DNA of 64,000 bases from NCBI GenBank assembly GCA_963707505.1, contig CAVPQB010000006.1, positions 32,001-96,000 on the forward strand. Reading direction: 5' to 3'. The position numbers and the translations under genes were made by a program. Of the stretch, positions 1 through 13,627 are shown in pieces. Each line of letters begins with the position of its first letter. The first letter of the stretch is position 1. Under the pieces are notes generated by a model. The model was not told where the DNA came from. It did not search any database and saw nothing but the letters and a program-made list of their open reading frames with translations. Source of the stretch: an uncultured Gemmatimonadales bacterium (GTDB lineage: Bacteria; Gemmatimonadota; Gemmatimonadetes; Gemmatimonadales; Gemmatimonadaceae).

Positions 1-2459
1 ATGTCGCCGAGAATCGCGCCACCGCTCTCCTGCCGAATGTCGTGCATCCCAAGCATGTAACGTTTGGCGCGCGTGAGCTCCTCCTCCGTCACAGGTGCAG
101 TGCGCAGATTGTTGAATTGCTCGATCAGCGCATCGCGCGCTTCTCCCTCCCGTTCTGGTGCGGTCGCGATATAGGCCATGAACTCCCCACTCAGCCGATG
201 CTCGCTACCGAACGCGTGGACCGTGTACGCGAGCGAGCGCCGGTCGCGCAACTCTTCGAAGAACCGCCCACCCAGGCCACTCGCAATCGACGCCAGCACG
301 TGCGCTGCGAACCGATCGTCATTCGTACGTGACGGTGACGGCAATCCAAGCACGAGGGCACTCTGGTTCTTGTCGCGCGCGACACAGCGCACTACGGAAT
401 CCGATGGCCATTCCGGGACGGGCAGAATCTCCCGCGCAGCGAGCGACAGATCGCTGAAATTATCGGCGACGGTGTTGGCCACTTCGTCGGCATTCATGTC
501 GCCCGTCAGTGCGATCACGAACGGCGCACGTAGTAACGCGGTGCGATACCAATCGCGCACATCGCTGAACGCGAGCGAGCGCAAGGATTCTTCCGTTCCG
601 CCCGCCGGAATCGAGTACGGGTGCCCTTCATACGTCGCTTCCGTCGCGAGACGCATCGGATAGCGGTACATGTCGTCTCGCAGGCGCGCGACGTCGGTGA
701 TCATCGCCGAGCGCTCGGTCTCGAGCGCGTCATCCGGAAGCGTTGCGTGCTGTATCACATCGCCGAGAAGCGCGAGCGCAGGCTGCAGGTTGGCGGCGGG
801 AACCGAGAACGACCAGCCGAAAGTCTCGGAGCCGACCGACGCTCCGATGCTACCGCCCAACAGCTCCGACTCTTCCGCAATCTGAAGCGAGGTGCGTGAG
901 GTGGTCGCACGTGACGCCGTGCGTGCACCGAGTGCGGAGATACCAGCCCGCTCTCGTGGCTCATATGCAGATCCAGACGCTGCGTACACACCGATGTGCG
1001 CGATCGGCGCATTTGCGCGACGCTTGATCAGTACCGGAATTCCGGACTCGAGCTCGTACACAAGTACGCCCGCTTCATCGCGTATGAACCTGGCTGGTGC
1101 GTGCGACGGTGCAACTTCCGCGACGGATGGCACTGATGCATCGAGTGGCGCGACGCTCCCGCTATTCAGGAGCGCGTGGAACGCGGCTGGATCGACTGCC
1201 ACCACGGCCGCGTTGCGCGGACGGTACACCACGGCGCCAGCGAGATCTTCGCCAAGATACTTCCGCACGACCGCGACGACCGATTTCGCATCCGCGCGCA
1301 TGAATGCGTCGTAATACTCCTGTCCCTTCCGCCATCCACCCAGCGATTCCCACTCGGCGAGATACGCCGCCTGTCCTTCCGTAGTCTCGATATGCCGAGC
1401 CCAGCGCGACATGAAGAGCTTGTGCGCACGCTCGACCTCATCGGGTGATACTTCGCCCGCGCGCACTGCCGCAAGCTGCGCCCACATCGCGCGCGCAGCA
1501 TCGGCCGCAGTCGCCGGATCTCCCTCGGATGACATGACGAAGACACCGACTTCAGCGGGTGAATAATTGTACGCGCCGACGCTGCCAGCCAGTTTCCGGT
1601 CTCTCACTGCGCGATACAACCGCGATGCACGGCCGCTTCCCAGCACGGCGGCCGCGAGATCCAGCGCCGGAACGTCGGGATGCTCGTTCGGGACGGTGCG
1701 CCAACCAATCTCGACGTGCGTCTGCTCAACGTCGCCGCTCAGCTCCTCGTAGCGAAATCCGGAATGCGCTGGCTCCGCTGGTCCCGGCGTTCGTACTGGC
1801 TCACCGGACGGCAGCGCGCCGTACAGCGCCTTCACACGTTCCAGGGTTTCAACCGGATCCACGTCCCCCGCGATTGCGAGTACGGTGTTGGATGGTGTGT
1901 AGAAATTGCGATAGAAGCGCGAAACGTCGTCACGCGTGAATCCGCGGAGCTCGTTCGGTCTGCCGATGCGCCAGCGCCGGATCCGATGCCGGTCGTGCAA
2001 CAGCGCGTACAGCGTTTCTGTCGTAACCGCGCCTGCGTTGTCTTCCTTGCGCATCGCTTCCTGGATGATCACCTCCAGCTCCTTCGCGAGCGCTTCGGCC
2101 TCGATCGCCGAGTTCGCGTAGGCATCCGCCTGCACCGCCAGACCCTCGTCGAATCCGCTCGCCGGCAGCACGGCGTAATAGCTCGTATGGTCGTAGATCG
2201 TATGTGCGTTCAGATATCCGCCAGCGGCTTTGGTCGCCTTCGCTATCTCGCCGACTCCGTACTTCGCCGTCCCCTTGAAGTACATGTGCTCCAGCACGTG
2301 CGCGATTCCCGCGACATCATCGGTCTCGTCAAAGTAGCCAGCCCTCACGTACGTATTGACGGCGACGACTGGCGCTGCCGCATTCTGATAGATGAGCACG
2401 GTAAGGCCGTTTGCGAGCACCGTGCGCGTTACCGCGTCTGCATTGATGAACGTCGTCAT
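1..2459 (-). CDS. M16 (pitrilysin/insulinase) family zinc peptidase, 3' end runs off the window
   Basis: Hand translation from ATG 2459: MTTFINADAVTRTVLANGLTVLI...GIAHVLEHMYFKGT, with the inverted zinc motif HxxEH. The same frame is open at the left edge, so it is missing from the ORF track. Confidence 0.9.
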   Translation of the reverse strand, partial: MTTFINADAVTRTVLANGLTVLIYQNAAAPVVAVNTYVRAGYFDETDDVAGIAHVLEHMYFKGTAKYGVGEIAKATKAAGGYLNAHTIYDHTSYYAVLPASGFDEGLAVQADAYANSAIEAEALAKELEVIIQEAMRKEDNAGAVTTETLYALLHDRHRIRRWRIGRPNELRGFTRDDVSRFYRNFYTPSNTVLAIAGDVDPVETLERVKALYGALPSGEPVRTPGPAEPAHSGFRYEELSGDVEQTHVEIGWRTVPNEHPDVPALDLAAAVLGSGRASRLYRAVRDRKLAGSVGAYNYSPAEVGVFVMSSEGDPATAADAARAMWAQLAAVRAGEVSPDEVERAHKLFMSRWARHIETTEGQAAYLAEWESLGGWRKGQEYYDAFMRADAKSVVAVVRKYLGEDLAGAVVYRPRNAAVVAVDPAAFHALLNSGSVAPLDASVPSVAEVAPSHAPARFIRDEAGVLVYELESGIPVLIKRRANAPIAHIGVYAASGSAYEPRERAGISALGARTASRATTSRTSLQIAEESELLGGSIGASVGSETFGWSFSVPAANLQPALALLGDVIQHATLPDDALETERSAMITDVARLRDDMYRYPMRLATEATYEGHPYSIPAGGTEESLRSLAFSDVRDWYRTALLRAPFVIALTGDMNADEVANTVADNFSDLSLAAREILPVPEWPSDSVVRCVARDKNQSALVLGLPSPSRTNDDRFAAHVLASIASGLGGRFFEELRDRRSLAYTVHAFGSEHRLSGEFMAYIATAPEREGEARDALIEQFNNLRTAPVTEEELTRAKRYMLGMHDIRQESGGAILGD

Positions 2460-2504
2460 TTCTCGATGAAGCAAGGATGAGGCAAGGATGAAGCACAACG
2501 GGCG

Positions 2505-2538
2505 AAAAAAGCTCGGCCGCAAATTGTTTGCGGCCGAG
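2505..2538 (-). terminator. Intrinsic terminator after the TPR genes
   Basis: CTCGGCCGCAAA-N3-TTTGCGGCCGAG hairpin followed by a T6 tail on the minus strand. Confidence 0.75.
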
Positions 2539-2576
2539 GATCATTATCGAAGCTGAAACCGGGCGCGGGAGCCGCG

Positions 2577-3737
2577 TCAGGGACCCGCTGGTGCGTTTGG
2601 ATTGGGCTGTATCGTAACGCACGAAGACCACGTCCCCGTGCCTGCACGCGCGAAGAATTTCTGCGCTTCCGCTGCGCGGTTGAGTCCCATCAACGCGCAC
2701 CCCAGGTATCCCTGCGCCGCACTATCGGCAGGGTTGAGCTGAGCCGCGCGAATGAGAAAATTGCGAGCCAGCGACGGATTGTGATCCGCGAGCTGGAATA
2801 TCCCCATCTCCCGTTGAGCGGGCTCGTTTGCCGGATCTAGCCGGATCGCCGTGACCAGCTCCTGCCGCGCCGTGTTCATGTCGGGCGGAGTGTCGCTGCG
2901 CGCGAGCCGGGAGAGAAACACGTGCGGCTCTGCTCTGTTCGGATATTCGTGTGCGATGGCGCCGAACGCGGCACGCGCCGCCTCGGTGCGGCCAGTGGTC
3001 ATCAGATCGATGGCATTGCTCATCTCGCCGTCGAACTTGGAATTGCCACCCATCGTGAAGTAAGCCGCTGTCGCGATGATGATCAAGAGGATCACACCCG
3101 CACCGATCATCATCGGGCGTGTAATCTTCCGGGCACGCGCCGGAATGCGCGACGGCGCGGCTGTCGGATCATCTACTGAAAAACCAGTAGTTCGTGGAGC
3201 TGCGGATGAAGCGGTCGTGGCACCGCCTGACGCACCCCTTGCTGCGCCAGAAGCAGCGCCGCCAGAAGCAGCGCCCATCGCTGCACCAGCTACAGCACCG
3301 GTTGCCGCACCGGTTGCCGCACCGCCCGGCGCGAAAGTGGATGTGGACGAAGCATCGGTTGCGTTCGGCGCTGCTGTCGTCGATGGCTCGTTCGCGACGC
3401 GGGTGAGCTCGTTGTAGCCTGCACGCGCAAAGCCGACGTCGGTCAACGTCGGCTTGTACGCTACGTCATCCGAGCGGTTCCGGGCGTCCCAGAAGCTCGC
3501 GATGGTATTCGCGTTCTCCAGATTGAGGACTCCGCGTTGACGCAGCTCGCGGACCAGAGCCTGACCAGAAAGGGTGGAGCCGCCGAGCATTGCCCGCATG
3601 GCAGTTTCGGCGACTCCCCATAGGTCCATTATGTCTGCTGCCGCATCCTCGGGCCCGCGGATCTGGTCGAGCCGACCGTACACAACGCGACCCTCGCTCA
3701 GGGCGGCCTGCGCGGCGGCTCTATCGGAGGGCGTCAC
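2577..3737 (-). CDS. Membrane-anchored tetratricopeptide repeat protein
   Basis: 386 aa ORF with an Ala/Gly-rich linker, one TM segment and C-terminal TPR-like helices. Confidence 0.7.
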   Translation of the reverse strand: MTPSDRAAAQAALSEGRVVYGRLDQIRGPEDAAADIMDLWGVAETAMRAMLGGSTLSGQALVRELRQRGVLNLENANTIASFWDARNRSDDVAYKPTLTDVGFARAGYNELTRVANEPSTTAAPNATDASSTSTFAPGGAATGAATGAVAGAAMGAASGGAASGAARGASGGATTASSAAPRTTGFSVDDPTAAPSRIPARARKITRPMMIGAGVILLIIIATAAYFTMGGNSKFDGEMSNAIDLMTTGRTEAARAAFGAIAHEYPNRAEPHVFLSRLARSDTPPDMNTARQELVTAIRLDPANEPAQREMGIFQLADHNPSLARNFLIRAAQLNPADSAAQGYLGCALMGLNRAAEAQKFFARAGTGTWSSCVTIQPNPNAPAGP

Positions 3738-4873
3738 CTATCGATGCGCAGCAGTCCCGCCGTGGCGCTCCCCTTGATGAAGCTTTCCGGGTCGCGCCAG
3801 GGAATTTCCACGCCCGTCTTTCCGTATCCGCGCCTGGCTTCCTTCGCCATGTACTGGTCGATTGGAAGGCCGGCTGCCTTCTGGTCTCGCATCTGTTGCA
3901 CGATCTCCTCCCAGGTGCCCTGGTATGTGTGTCCGCCACTCTCGATACTGTGGTGGGTCACTGGCAACTCCTGGACCTCGGTGATCGCTTCGTCCGCTGG
4001 CGTACCGCCGTCCACCAGCGAATTCAGCAGGGCCCCGAACATCTCGATCTGGCCGCGAGTCTTTTGCTGATCCCGCTCCATCGCCCTGGCCTCTATCTCG
4101 GCGAGCATGTCGTCTATCTCATCCGGCTCGCCAGCCAGCTCCTGGACGCGGTCTTCCCATGGCTTCAGCTCCGGATCTCCGTCCGTCAGCTTGAAGATTG
4201 ATTTTTTGAGCTCTATGAGGCGCCAGATTCCGAGCTCGTCCCAGTGGTCGTCCGGATTGGACTTGTCCAGATGGTAGAGCGCAGCCTCGTAGTCGCCGCG
4301 GTCGTACAGAATGTTGGCGAGATACACCCTCGCCTCGACATGATCGGGATCCAGTCGCAACGCGGTGCGGAGCGTGACGATTGCCGCCTCGTCCTCGCCC
4401 AGACGATGCTGGGCGTAACCGACGCACGACACGGCTTCGGCATTTTCAGGCGCATTCTGGACGGCTATCTCGAAGAACTCACGTGCGTTGCCGATCATCC
4501 CTTCCCTGAAGAGTGCGCGACCGATCTGAAGCATCAGATCGAGGTCATCGGCGTAGCCAAGCTCGAGCGTTCGCCTGAAGCAGTGCAGCGAGGCATCCCG
4601 CTGGCCAAACTTGAGCAGGGTTTCACCGATGCCTGCAAGGGCATCTTCGTGATCGGGATCCAGGATGAGCGCCTCCTCGAAGGCGCGACGGGCCCACGCG
4701 TATTCCTCACGGGCGTGGTGCGCGTATCCCACGCCGATGTGAAGCTCCACAGCGCTGGGATACAGTGTCAGACCTTCGCGAAGTACTGCTAGTGCTTGAT
4801 CGTATTCTCCCTCGTTATAAAGTTGGTGCGCGCGTTCGTCATATTCTTCGGACGAAAGGAATGGGCTGGGCAT
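3734..4873 (-). CDS. Tetratricopeptide repeat protein
   Basis: Several TPR motifs (ALILDPDH, ALRLDPDH). Start taken at MPSPF, after a GGGAGG RBS. Confidence 0.85.
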   Translation of the reverse strand: MPSPFLSSEEYDERAHQLYNEGEYDQALAVLREGLTLYPSAVELHIGVGYAHHAREEYAWARRAFEEALILDPDHEDALAGIGETLLKFGQRDASLHCFRRTLELGYADDLDLMLQIGRALFREGMIGNAREFFEIAVQNAPENAEAVSCVGYAQHRLGEDEAAIVTLRTALRLDPDHVEARVYLANILYDRGDYEAALYHLDKSNPDDHWDELGIWRLIELKKSIFKLTDGDPELKPWEDRVQELAGEPDEIDDMLAEIEARAMERDQQKTRGQIEMFGALLNSLVDGGTPADEAITEVQELPVTHHSIESGGHTYQGTWEEIVQQMRDQKAAGLPIDQYMAKEARRGYGKTGVEIPWRDPESFIKGSATAGLLRIDR

Positions 4874-4910
4874 CCGGCACACCTCCCTCGATCGGATACA
4901 TTGCTGTCGT

Positions 4911-4940
4911 ATTCTACTCGGCGACACACGGTTTGTTCAA
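4911..4940 (-). promoter_or_regulatory. Candidate sigma70-type promoter for the TPR genes
   Basis: TTGAAC-N18-TAGAAT on the minus strand. Confidence 0.45.
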
Positions 4941-5141
4941 GAACCGACACAACTAATATTCAGCGCGGACCACTACTTCGACAATCACCAGATTCGTGCT
5001 GACGCCGGCCAAAACAAGCAAGTCGCCGGCCACTCCCACGGGTAGTTATTATTAGAGTCTCGGCTTGACCGCTCAGGTAATAACAGCGGCCAGGCCGTTG
5101 TCGCTTCCGTCGTTGCTTCAAGTGTGGCTGCAAGTGTGGCT

Positions 5142-6350
5142 TCACGTGACGACCGCAGAGCTGGCGACTTCCGAAAAGCGACGCCAATCGCCGTTGGCGA
5201 GACACTCGTCGATCGCACCTATGCATGCGTCAAGCTCCTCGTCTCGCGTGTAAAAATGGGGTCCGACTCTGATGCCCGCTCCGACACGATAATCAACGAT
5301 GATGTTTCGCGACAGAAGGAATTGCGCGACCTCACGTCCGTGCGGCACGTCGAACGCCACGGTGCCGCCTCGTTGCCTTGATTCACGTGGCGCATGCACA
5401 CGGTAGCCGCGCGCATCCGCAGCGGCGATCAGCCACTCGGTCTGACGCACTGACTTGGCGCGAATCGCATCGATGCCCGCTTTGAGTACGATCCGAGGGC
5501 CCGCGACGGCTGCGAACAACGCCGGAATCGCAGGCGTGCCGGTAAGCCAGCGCTCGATTCCGCCGGCATAGTCCATATCCTGCTCGAATGCGAACGGATG
5601 CGCGTGGGCCTGCCAGCCGGTCAGAGACGGCTCCAGCGCTGTCCGCACCTCGGGCGAGACATACAGAAAGGCAGCGCCAGGCCCGCCGCACAACCACTTC
5701 AATACGCCGCCGGTGAGGAAATCCACGCCGGATCGCTTCACGTCCACGGGAATTACTCCCACCGAATGATAGGCGTCCAGCGAGACGAGGGCTCCGACAC
5801 TGTGCGCATGCGCACAGATCGCGTCGGCGTCCATGATGAACGCCGACTTGAACAGAACGTGGGACACGGAGACGAGCCGCACATGCTCGTCGATCGCGTC
5901 GATCAGCCGATTCTGATCGATGCTGAGTCCGTCGTCCGACGGAACGACCACCACGCGCGCGCCGAACCGTCGAGCGAGCTGCTCGTAGGCATAACGCACC
6001 GACGGAAAGTCCAGCTCGGTCATCACGATGGTATCGCGCTCGCCAGTGAAGTCCAGCGCCGATAGAACGATGGATTGCGCGATCGATACGTTCGGCTGCA
6101 TGGACACCGAACGTGCATCGGCACCAATCAATGGCGCGATGGTATCGCCAACGCGCACCGGCATGTCCCACCACCCCTGTGCCCACGCACGCACGCCAAG
6201 CTCGGCCCATTCACGCGCGTACTCCGCCAACTGCTCCGGCACCGCACGCGGCATAGCGCCAAGTGAGTTGGAGACCAGATAATTCGTCCGCTCGAGAATT
6301 GGAAATTCTTCGCGGAATGCAAGCAGTTCGTCAGCCACCGTGTCGTCCAC
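5142..6350 (-). CDS. kynU: Kynureninase / class V PLP-dependent enzyme
   Basis: NSLG, DAYHSVG, LKWLCGGPG and TGTP motifs typical of kynureninase-like enzymes. Confidence 0.7.
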   Translation of the reverse strand: MDDTVADELLAFREEFPILERTNYLVSNSLGAMPRAVPEQLAEYAREWAELGVRAWAQGWWDMPVRVGDTIAPLIGADARSVSMQPNVSIAQSIVLSALDFTGERDTIVMTELDFPSVRYAYEQLARRFGARVVVVPSDDGLSIDQNRLIDAIDEHVRLVSVSHVLFKSAFIMDADAICAHAHSVGALVSLDAYHSVGVIPVDVKRSGVDFLTGGVLKWLCGGPGAAFLYVSPEVRTALEPSLTGWQAHAHPFAFEQDMDYAGGIERWLTGTPAIPALFAAVAGPRIVLKAGIDAIRAKSVRQTEWLIAAADARGYRVHAPRESRQRGGTVAFDVPHGREVAQFLLSRNIIVDYRVGAGIRVGPHFYTRDEELDACIGAIDECLANGDWRRFSEVASSAVVT

Positions 6351-6351
6351 T

Positions 6352-8005
6352 CTACCGCGAGCTCAGCGACTTTTCACGAATGGCGCGGAACTCGGCGTCC
6401 CTGTTCCACGTCGGGATCGTAGTCGAGTTGGCAAGCTGCGTTCCGAAGCGGTACGCGATGTCGGCGATCTGTGCCGTTCCTGTGAGCGGCCACTTGGGAT
6501 TGTACTCGTCCGAGGGCTGGTGGTAACGCTTCGCGACATACTCGTCTGCCTGCGCCTTGCCCCACCCCGCCGGCTTGCCGACGAAGTCCATGCCAGCTGC
6601 GATGGTTGTCGACGGAATTCCAACGCGTGCGAACGAGAAGTGATCGGAGCGATAGAAATAACCGGCCTCCGGGTGCTCGTCCGGAGATATGCGAACGCCG
6701 TCCGGCTTGAGCATCGCCGCGAGCGCAGGACCGAGCGAGCTCTTGTTGTCGCCCATTACGGTGACATCGCGCACCGGACCTTCGGGATTTGCCTCATCGA
6801 CATTCAGATCGGCGATGATGTCGCGCGCCGGTACGGGCGGATGCTCGCCGAAGTATTGCGAGCCGAGCAACCCGGCTTCTTCAGCGGTAACGAACGCGAA
6901 CAACTGCGAGCGTTTCGGTTTTACCGGTGCCTTCGCCGCCGCGTGCGCAACGGCGAGAATCGCGGCGACACCTGACGCATTGTCGTACGCACCATTGTAG
7001 ATGGAATCGCCGTTGATCGCCGGTCCGATACCGAAGTGATCGTGATGCGCGCTGTAAACCACGTACTGCGAAGCGAGCTTGGCGTCCGAGCCAGGTACCA
7101 ATCCCACGACATTGTTCGCGGACATGTGCGCGACGCGGTTTCTGAACGACATGTCGACCGTTATGCCGGTCGCGACCGGACGAAAGGCACGCGTGTCGGC
7201 CTGTTTGACAAGATCCGCGAGATTCAGCCCCGCCTGTTTCAGAAGGTTGGCCGCGACATCATGCTGTACCCAGCCACGCACCGCAATCGGCGCCGGCCCG
7301 TTTTCGGGCCGCGGAAGCGTCCTGTGCTCTGTAGAGTTCGACGAGACCACGACCTGCCACGGATAACCCGCCTCGTACGTCGTGTGAACGATCAGCATTC
7401 CCGCCGCGCCCTGACGTTCCGCCTCTTCGTACTTGTAGGTCCATCGGCCGTAGTACGTCATCGCCTTGCCGCCGAACAACGTCGGCTCCGCAGGGGTCGC
7501 AGGCGGATCGTTCACGAGAACGAGCAGAATCTTCCCCTTGAGATTCATTCCCTTGAAATCGTCCCAACGATATTCCGGAGCCTTCACACCATATCCAACA
7601 AATACGAGTTCGCCCTTTGCTTCGCTTGCGGGCGTCGCAGAGCCGGCCCAGACCACCACATCGCCGGTTGAATGAAGATTTGCAGTCGCCTTACCGGACG
7701 CTGTCACCTTGATCGTTGCGGGATCTGCCGTCACAATGTCTATGGGCACCTTCTGAAAATAGGAGCCGTTCATACCTGGCTTCACGCCGTACGACTCGAG
7801 CTGCGCGGCTATGAACTGCTCGGCGAGCGCGCCGCCACGCGTAGCAGGTGCGCGGCCTTCCAGCAGATCAGACGACAGGAATCGGAGATTGGCGTCTATC
7901 TCGCGGACCGGCATCACGGTAGTCGCAGGTTGCTGGGCGGCGGCCGCACGCAGAAACAAGAATCAACGCCAGGCCGGCGATGGACGCATGACGGGAGATG
8001 GGCAC
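6352..8005 (-). CDS. Secreted M28 family aminopeptidase with PA domain (probable extra base near 7948)
   Basis: SAHHDH, GAYDNASG, AEEAGLLGS, YRSDH and YHQPSD motifs. The signal peptide from GTG 8005 (MPISRHASIAGLALILVSA) lies one base out of frame with the 6352-7959 ORF. Confidence 0.85.
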
Positions 8006-8143
8006 TGTTGTGTGTCCTCTGGTTGGTGGGAACACTGTATTCTTCTACAGATAAATTACCCGCCACAGGGCGCAGATGTATTCCGCGTCCCGAGTTATGC
8101 CTCGATCACTGCGGTATTGGCGGAGTCTGTCACACTGAGGGAC

Positions 8144-9769
8144 ATGGTTTCACAGGGGCGACCAAACTCATTCGGACCAAAGCGCTTCGTGGCTCTGGGC
8201 GCGCTCCAGATCGGAGCGCTGGCTGTCGTGCTCGCCTCGACGCCGTTCAAGCCATTCGAGCTGGACCGGTTCTTCGTACCGAAAGAGCTTGCGCTTCACA
8301 TAGCGGCATTCGTCTGCGTGCTGTTCTGCCTCGGCCGTCTGCGCACGCTGGCGCTCGACCGCGTGGATTTCTTCCTCGTCGCGTTCGGCGCGCTGTCGGT
8401 CGTCTCCGCAATTCTCGCATCGAATCGCTGGCTTTCGACTCGCTCGGTGGCTATCACGATCTCCGGACTCGCCGTGTTCTGGTGCGCGCGATCGCTGGCA
8501 GCAAGCGGTCTCAAGCGCCCCCTCATGGCAGTGATAGTACTGGCGACGGTCCTCGGCGCCGCCAGCTCGCTGGCGCAGGCTTACGGATTCGATAGCGATT
8601 ACTTCACGCTCAGCCGCGCACCCGGAGGAACGTTCGGAAATCGAAACTTCGTCGCGCACGTGTCCGCGATTGGTGTGCCACTCCTCGTATGGTATGCGGT
8701 CACGGCAAGACGAGCGATAGCAGTGCTTCTCTGCGCGGTCGGGGGCGCGATCCTGGCCGCCGCGCTGGTGCTGTCGCGCTCGCGCGCCGCATGGCTCGCG
8801 CTACTCGTCGTCGCGATTCTTCTCGCGATACCGGTATGGCGCGCAGCTCTTCGAGTCCCTCACGCGAACGCCGGACGACGGTTGGTCTTTCTCGGAATCC
8901 TTGCCGCCATCGGCGTCGTGCTCTCGCTCGTTCTTCCCAACCGACTCAACTGGAAGAGCGACTCTCCATATCTCGACTCCGTGCGCGGCGTGGTGGCGTA
9001 CAACAGCGGCAGTGGACGCGGGCGGATCATACAGTACCGCAACACGCTCCACATGGTCGAGGCATATCCAATCCTCGGCGTCGGTCCCGGCAACTGGCCG
9101 GTGCACTATCCAAAATTCGCGACACGCAATGACCCCTCGCTGACGCGCGACGACAACGTAACCGCGAACCCGTGGCCGAGTAGCGATTGGGTGGCACTCA
9201 TTGCGGAGCGCGGGGTGGTTACCGTCGTGGCGCTGCTATTGGCATTCGCAGGTATCATCATCAACGCGTTTCAACTGACACGCGGCAGCACCGCCAACAA
9301 TCCGGATGCGCGCGATCCCTTCCTGCCAGTCGCGGTTACTGCGACTGTGTTGATTGCCATCGCGGTCGGATTTTTCGACGCGGTCCTGATACTTGCGGCG
9401 CCCGCCTTCATCGTCTGGGCGTCGCTCGGCGCGCTCGGCGCTACGGGACGAACGCGTTCCGAATGGACTCCGACTACAGGTTCACGAGCGCGCTGGTCAC
9501 TCGTGCTCGTCGTGCCACTATTCCTTTTCGCGCTGCAGAGCACCGGCATGACGGTCGCGATGCAGGTGTTCGGCACCGGCGACCGGCTCGGCAGCGTCGA
9601 GCAGGCCGCCATCCTGGACCCCGGTAGCTATCGGATCCAGATGCGACTGGCATTGCTTGCGCTCAACCGACGGGGCTGTGCGCTGGCGCGCCCGCACGCG
9701 CTTCGCGCGGAGGCAATGCTCCCTGCGGCGGGCGCGCCACGAAGCGTCCTGCGACACTGCGGCGGCTGA
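8144..9769 (+). CDS. O-antigen ligase (Wzy_C) family membrane protein
   Basis: Multi-TM protein with GTFGNRN, SRSRAAW and PILGVGPGNW motifs; GAGGGA RBS before ATG 8144. Confidence 0.8.
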   Translation: MVSQGRPNSFGPKRFVALGALQIGALAVVLASTPFKPFELDRFFVPKELALHIAAFVCVLFCLGRLRTLALDRVDFFLVAFGALSVVSAILASNRWLSTRSVAITISGLAVFWCARSLAASGLKRPLMAVIVLATVLGAASSLAQAYGFDSDYFTLSRAPGGTFGNRNFVAHVSAIGVPLLVWYAVTARRAIAVLLCAVGGAILAAALVLSRSRAAWLALLVVAILLAIPVWRAALRVPHANAGRRLVFLGILAAIGVVLSLVLPNRLNWKSDSPYLDSVRGVVAYNSGSGRGRIIQYRNTLHMVEAYPILGVGPGNWPVHYPKFATRNDPSLTRDDNVTANPWPSSDWVALIAERGVVTVVALLLAFAGIIINAFQLTRGSTANNPDARDPFLPVAVTATVLIAIAVGFFDAVLILAAPAFIVWASLGALGATGRTRSEWTPTTGSRARWSLVLVVPLFLFALQSTGMTVAMQVFGTGDRLGSVEQAAILDPGSYRIQMRLALLALNRRGCALARPHALRAEAMLPAAGAPRSVLRHCGG

Positions 9770-9944
9770 AACTTCGCAAGCAGCCAGCTTCGCCGGCGCC
9801 AAACAACGGCGAATTAGTATAGATTTGTGGTAGCCTGCATGGCTCGGATGCTCGCTCCATGCAGTGGCTCCGCCTTTCACCGCGCACCGCCGCCCGCCGG
9901 CGCAGTCCCGCGCGGCCGTGCGCGACCGCACCGAGAACCACAAA

Positions 9945-12719
<2,775 letters not shown>

Positions 12720-12726
12720 ATAAACT

Positions 12727-12786
12727 CGTCATTCCCGCGAAAGCGGGAATGACGCCTTTATTTAACCCGCTTTCGCGGGAATGACG
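12727..12786. repeat. CGTC-type REP palindrome pair
   Basis: CGTCATTCCCGC-GAAA-GCGGGAATGACG plus an inverted partial copy at 12766-12786. Confidence 0.8.
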
Positions 12787-12862
12787 ACGTGCGCTGCCTC
12801 TCAACGGTAGAACGGCCCGGCGTTTGCCTTTACAGGCTTACAACTCTCTCCGGAGGAACGCC

Positions 12863-13342
12863 ATGCACTCGCGAACCTTTCATACCCCACTGGCGGCGAT
12901 CGCGTTGCTCGCGACCGCATTCACGATCGCCCCGCTACGCGCTCCAGCGCAGGACACCACGTCCACCGATTACCGCGTGTCCATCGACGGAACGCCTGCC
13001 GGAACGGCGACGGCCGTGGTGAATCTTCCCGGCAACGCCGTCGTTCTGCATCAGAATTCCACTCCGAACCTGCCCTCCAAACAGATAGTGTCAGGAGACC
13101 AGGGCACAATCATGCTGACGACGACCGATCCCGGGCTCGTCTCCGCGATCCAGGCATGGATGAAAGCCGACAACGCGGGCTACAAGGACACCGTACAGCG
13201 CAAGACAGTCGAGATCGACCGCATCGGTGGTGGCGCCAATTCACGCACGCGTCTCTCCGGCGCGTGGCCCACCAAGCTGACGGCGGCAACTACAGGGAAT
13301 ACGATAACGATCGTGTATCAGCAGCTCGCGCCGGTGCCGTGA
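12863..13342 (+). CDS. Secreted protein resembling T4 gp19-like / eCIS tail tube proteins
   Basis: GGAGG RBS and a Sec signal peptide; motifs YRVSIDG, IQAWMK, QRKTVEI, LSGAWPTKL, ITIVYQQL. The CDS is solid; the family call is by eye. Confidence 0.55.
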   Translation: MHSRTFHTPLAAIALLATAFTIAPLRAPAQDTTSTDYRVSIDGTPAGTATAVVNLPGNAVVLHQNSTPNLPSKQIVSGDQGTIMLTTTDPGLVSAIQAWMKADNAGYKDTVQRKTVEIDRIGGGANSRTRLSGAWPTKLTAATTGNTITIVYQQLAPVP

Positions 13343-13447
13343 TCGTCACTTGCCCTGACTCGCGAGAGACTGGGGCCGCAGCGAAATCGGCGGCCAGATA
13401 AAATCCCCGCTTGCGCGATCGTCGCTATCACCACAATTTTATTTTCG

Positions 13448-13561
13448 ATGCGCCACTCTTCTCCCGCAACGCGATTTTATTATTACGCCAGCTACTGGGG
13501 ACTCCCCCAGGGTGTAATCGTCGCACGCGGGTACTTGGCCAGGTCAGGACAGCAAGGCTAG
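13448..13561 (+). CDS. Aromatic amino acid leader peptide (37 aa)
   Basis: [37 protein letters not shown]; the F-Y-Y-Y-x-x-Y-W cluster lies just upstream of a terminator and the DAHP synthase operon. Confidence 0.85.
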   Translation: MRHSSPATRFYYYASYWGLPQGVIVARGYLARSGQQG

Positions 13562-13627
13562 AAGTACCGAAGCAGCGCTCTCGATATCACGCCCTGGGGA
13601 TTCAATCCTCAGGGCTTTTTTGTTTTT
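13495..13627 (+). promoter_or_regulatory. Transcription attenuator of the aroF-pheA-aroH-thrC operon
   Basis: Protector CTGGGG/CCCCAG (13495-13510); 11-bp antiterminator 13505-13515/13589-13599; terminator 13591-13615 with T tail. Confidence 0.8.
13591..13627 (+). terminator. Attenuator terminator hairpin
   Basis: GCCCTGGGGA-TTCAA-TCCTCAGGGC-TTTTTTGTTTTT, about 25 nt before the aroF start. Confidence 0.9.
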
